Shown here: in pieces, positions 21,895-25,891 of the stretch
How positions within the stretch are numbered: position 1 is the stretch's first letter
Layout: each line of letters starts with the position of its first letter
Origin: Tubiluchus corallicola
Taxonomy: Eukaryota > Animalia > Priapulida
DNA length: 25,891 bases
Reading direction: 5' to 3'
NCBI GenBank assembly: GCA_030141605.1
Contig: JAQGDQ010001774.1
Span: forward strand, 1 to 25,891
Notes under the pieces: model-generated
What the model was told of the DNA's origin: nothing
The model's database searches: none
Seen by the model: the letters and a program-made list of their open reading frames with translations, nothing else
Position numbers and translations under genes: made by a program

Positions 21895-22753
21895 CTTTAT
21901 TTCTCACCTTTTTTACAAGAAAAACACAGAGCACGAAATGATAATATGATACAAAGTGACAAGATTATTAAATGAATAAATTATCTGAGTTAATGATGAT
22001 CAAGTGAAAGGGTGGCGAAAAACTAAAAGTTACCAAAGTCAACCACCCTGTAAGTAATGTTGCTATTAGTAATATGCGCAATTATCTCGACGAAGATTTT
22101 AGAATAAGGTGTGTAAAATTATTGAGATTAAGTTTAAATTTGAACATAAATTTGAACATATTTGAACATGAACATAAATTTGAACATTGAACATGGACAT
22201 AAAGACATAATAAACACACCAAAGATAAGGACTGGACTTAATTAAAACAGATCTTTTTATTACTAATCTCAACTGAATTTTTCTCATGTGAATTCAAGTC
22301 TTAGTTTGAGTGGCAATAGTCATCCATTTTTATCGATTTTGGTTGGCGCGTTTGATCAACAAATTTCATTTGTGATAATACGTATTTATAAAGTAGCTTA
22401 ACAACCCCTGCAGTGACAACAGCTGTTGCAGTCCTTATTGCTTATTTTATACATCATTAATAAGCTCTTCTTACCAACAAAAATCATTCCGTAATAACCT
22501 TGTTGATCATATTATTCAAATCAATACTAAAACGAGGCGACAGATTGCTCTAGTTGGCCTTTGGTTTAACATACATCGCGTTTATAAGGCGTTTGCACTT
22601 TACAGATAAAACACAATAACATGTTGTCACGAGTAATTTATACGAATGACATGCAGAAAAGGAAGCCGTTACCGGTTTTTTTATATGTTTCTTATGCAAA
22701 TGCGGTCCTGCAAATTTTGTGCCTTCCAATGCCACGTAACACTCAGTTACAAG

Positions 22754-23040
22754 CAAGGCCTATTCAGCCTAACCTAGGCCCGGGAAAGTGGGGCGTGTGA
22801 GGCCCCCTCGGGTTTTGAATTTTTGAAGTGCTAGAACGCCGGAGAAACATTTTCGAAGAGAAAATATGGAGCTATACAGTTGTTAAAGGAAAGAACAACT
22901 GAAAGAAAAACTGCGTTATTCTCAAGACCAGTCCTTAATACTTGTCAATACTGGCAAAGAAAAAGTGTTACACTGGTGCGAGGCCCCCCTGGAGGGTGAA
23001 GCCCCGGGGAAGTATCCCCCCCCCCATGAAATAGGCCCTG
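22754..23040. mobile_element. Probable MITE (hAT-like)
   Basis: Imperfect TIRs caaggcctattc / gaaataggccctg and repeated gaggcccc subterminal motifs. ttacaag lies near both ends but is not an exact TSD. Confidence 0.45.
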
Positions 23041-23286
23041 GACTTACAAGTCCGAGAAATTACGACCTGATTGCATCTGTACTGGTTAGTATGTACATTG
23101 AACTGTTACAGTACCAATTCAGGTTAGAGACACGCTGAAGAAACTTCTAAACCGAAAATCCATTTCTTACGAATTATTAGACAGTAAAAGTTCTGAACTA
23201 CACAACGACCATGGACGCAACATTCTGCTTAAAAAAGCTAACATTGGCGTAAATTTTGTACAGATGTTTAGCCTTTCATCTGTTAA

Positions 23287-23308
23287 CTCTCGCTCTCTCT
23301 GTGTCTCT

Positions 23309-23341
<33 letters not shown>

Positions 23342-23370
23342 TCTCTCTCTCTCTCTCTCTCTCTCACTCA

Positions 23371-23401
<31 letters not shown>

Positions 23402-23434
23402 ACACACACACACTCTCGCTCTCTCTGTGTCTCT

Positions 23435-23513
<79 letters not shown>

Positions 23514-23641
23514 ACTCTCTCTCACACACACACTCTCTCTCTCTCTCTCTCTCACTCACTCTCTCTCTCTCTCTCTCTCACTCTCACTCACACACACACA
23601 CTCTCTCTCTCTCTCTCTCTCTCACTCTCTCTCTCTCTCTC

Positions 23642-23735
<94 letters not shown>

Positions 23736-23737
23736 CT

Positions 23738-23807
<70 letters not shown>

Positions 23808-23815
23808 CCTCCCTC

Positions 23816-23846
<31 letters not shown>

Positions 23847-23849
23847 TCT
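23287..23849. repeat. Compound (CT)n/(CA)n microsatellite
   Basis: Direct inspection. Confidence 0.95.
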
Positions 23850-24199
23850 ACTGGTACTGTACTTGGTTCTCTTTAGCATTACAAATGTACAGAACGTTCA
23901 CGTTTTTATGTGGTTATGCTTTTGTTATAACTAATAAAATAAGCTTTTGTGTAATAACAGGCATATAGGTCTATATACACTAGGCGCTATCAAGCAGTAA
24001 TACAGGTAACTCTATAACATCCCTTGATTAGATTTTATAAAGACGTACAATAGCGCTATTTTTTCTAATTTTGATGACGTGGGTCATTTCCCGCGTTACA
24101 AGCATTATTTCACCAGGTGTGCGTGTAAGAAAGCACGGCCATTGAAAAATAAAGCAGAAATGTATTACCTGTAACTTTTGTAATCCAACTGTCTGATTA

Positions 24200-24640
24200 A
24201 TCCAGCCGTAGGTATATCACAGGTAAGCGACTACAAGTAGGTGCACCTTGCACACAGGTATGCACGGATGATTCAGTGTGAAGTGCTCTTATCAATTTAG
24301 TATAGATAAACAGACGAAAGTACTTAAGCCGAAAACGCAACTGCCCTACATACCTGTGATTCAGGGGCACACGACGGTAACTGTGTTTTATAAAGTTGGT
24401 GCTTGTGGCGGGATAGGAACCTCGCTCATTATTAGCGGTAGTACTGTAAAATGAGCTCCAGTGTGACTGGAGGTATCTCAGCCGAGTTCGGATGCTTGCA
24501 TGTAATTTCTCATTGAACTGAATAAATGGGGCAGCATAGCAGATGAAACCAACCCGAAGCAGCATTTTCTGGTTACACATACATTTACTAACCAGGCGTA
24601 GCAATACTTAACTTCGGCTGCAGCGTGAGCAAGCTTGCTA
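24200..24640 (-). mobile_element. Degenerate 5S rRNA-related SINE-like element (left boundary uncertain)
   Basis: Minus strand 24618-24571 reads gccgaagttaagtattgctacgcctggttagtaaatgtatgtgtaacc, similar to 5S cgaagttaagc...gcctggttagtacttggatgggtgacc. Confidence 0.4.
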
Positions 24641-24789
24641 TATTCCTTTTTTATGTAAACTAAAAATGCAAAAAAGGCAATTGATAATTTGCCATGCTAA
24701 AATCTTAAAAGAATGATTGTTTGTTTGTTTTCGTCACATTAATTATTATCTGGGAAAGTTTATATAAAAATTTACGCTAAATCTTAATG

Positions 24790-24880
24790 GTGAGCAGCGC
24801 TTACTAAAAAAAGTGAAAAGCGGACATGGATTTGAACCTGAAACCTTTGAATATCAGCACGAACATTTTCCGCATTTCTT
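24790..24880 (-). mobile_element. Degenerate tRNA-derived SINE head
   Basis: B-box GGTTCAAATCC on the minus strand at 24838-24828. No intact cloverleaf. Confidence 0.3.
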
Positions 24881-24910
24881 TTCATTTTCGACAAAGTTTC
24901 AAATAAAATC

Positions 24911-25169
<259 letters not shown>

Positions 25170-25797
25170 CATAAAGGTTCATTTTATTGCAGATAGTTTC
25201 AGTTTTTTTCTGATGAAACTCAACAATTTTAGTTGGATATTGAGTAACGCCTCAAGAGCCTCAGATCTCTTAGGCCTACAGATCTATAATCGCGTTTGCC
25301 CAGTGTGTAATTGAACTTTACTCTGTACTGTGCTTTAGTGTTAGCTACATTTATCACACGGATTTGATCACCATAGCAGGTTACTAGTATTGTTCACATA
25401 ATTATGATCAGATTCTAGCCTTAGTTGCAGTTACTACTGTTTGGCAATTATGTCCTGCTGCCAGGGGTGCTTAAAAATTAGTTGGGCCAACTTTAGCGCC
25501 ATCAGTTGTTCTTTTATATCCTTTGCAATTTAGATTATGGGTCTTTCTACTCTAGCGAGTTTCAGCACGTACAGTGTCCAAAAGTTTTCCAGGGTGGGTT
25601 TAGTTATATCTTTCTAGAAGTTTTATACAACATTACTTCTAACACAAGCTCCCGGAATCAGATAGAGTTTAAACGATACAAAATTTTAACATGGTTTTTA
25701 GGCTTTGTTTGTGAAGAGACGTTTTTTGTGAGTTAGCTGTTCGTATCAGTACCTGCTTCCATTGCTACAATGCTGCATCATTCAAAGATTTGCAGTA

Positions 25798-25891
25798 CAG
25801 TGGACTCTCGTTACAAGAATCACACGTATAAGAATCAGCTCGATATAAGAATCAAAATCGCGTTTCCCGAATTGATTCGGCATTTTCCTAG
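25798..25891 (+). mobile_element. Start of a pogo/Tigger-like DNA transposon or MITE, truncated by the window end
   Basis: TA|cagtggactctcg followed by three aagaatca subterminal repeats. Confidence 0.5.

Noticed and set aside
24528-24570. Hammerhead-ribozyme-like core (cagatga...cgaag)
   Set aside because: Both core motifs deviate from CUGANGA and GAAA, and the stems do not pair convincingly.
24197-24604. 135-aa minus-strand ORF
   Set aside because: Non-ATG start, no recognisable domain, and it overlaps a SINE-like relic.
24790-24880. tRNA gene
   Set aside because: Only a B-box is present; there is no A-box, acceptor stem or cloverleaf.

Overview
Animal (invertebrate-type) AT-rich, microsatellite-dense genomic DNA; nothing here looks prokaryotic. 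I reconstructed two spliced genes by hand, both on the minus strand. (1) A complete cytosolic glutathione S-transferase, Delta/Epsilon/Theta-like: join of 20567-20319, 18802-18744, 17413-17272 and 16298-15984, giving 254 aa with an unusual ~38-aa N-terminal extension. (2) The first five coding exons of an INPP5F/Sac2 phosphoinositide phosphatase: 14666-14570, 12253-12173, 11087-10948, 4794-4636 and 3374-3330; the gene continues beyond the left edge. The most striking structure is an intragenic inverted duplication with arms of at least 2.28 kb (1-2284 and 4385-6660). It places an apparently identical antisense copy of INPP5F exon 4 in the intron after exon 5, and a 45-nt frame-symmetric microexon sits on the symmetry axis of the 2.1-kb loop. 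Each arm also holds a tail-to-tail pair of hAT MITEs, making a nested palindrome. The other introns carry Helitron-type elements, LINE 3' ends, MITEs, SINE-like relics, minisatellites and many microsatellites. Almost all ORFs in the supplied track are low-complexity or repeat artefacts. Family assignments rest on recalled sequence motifs, not database searches.
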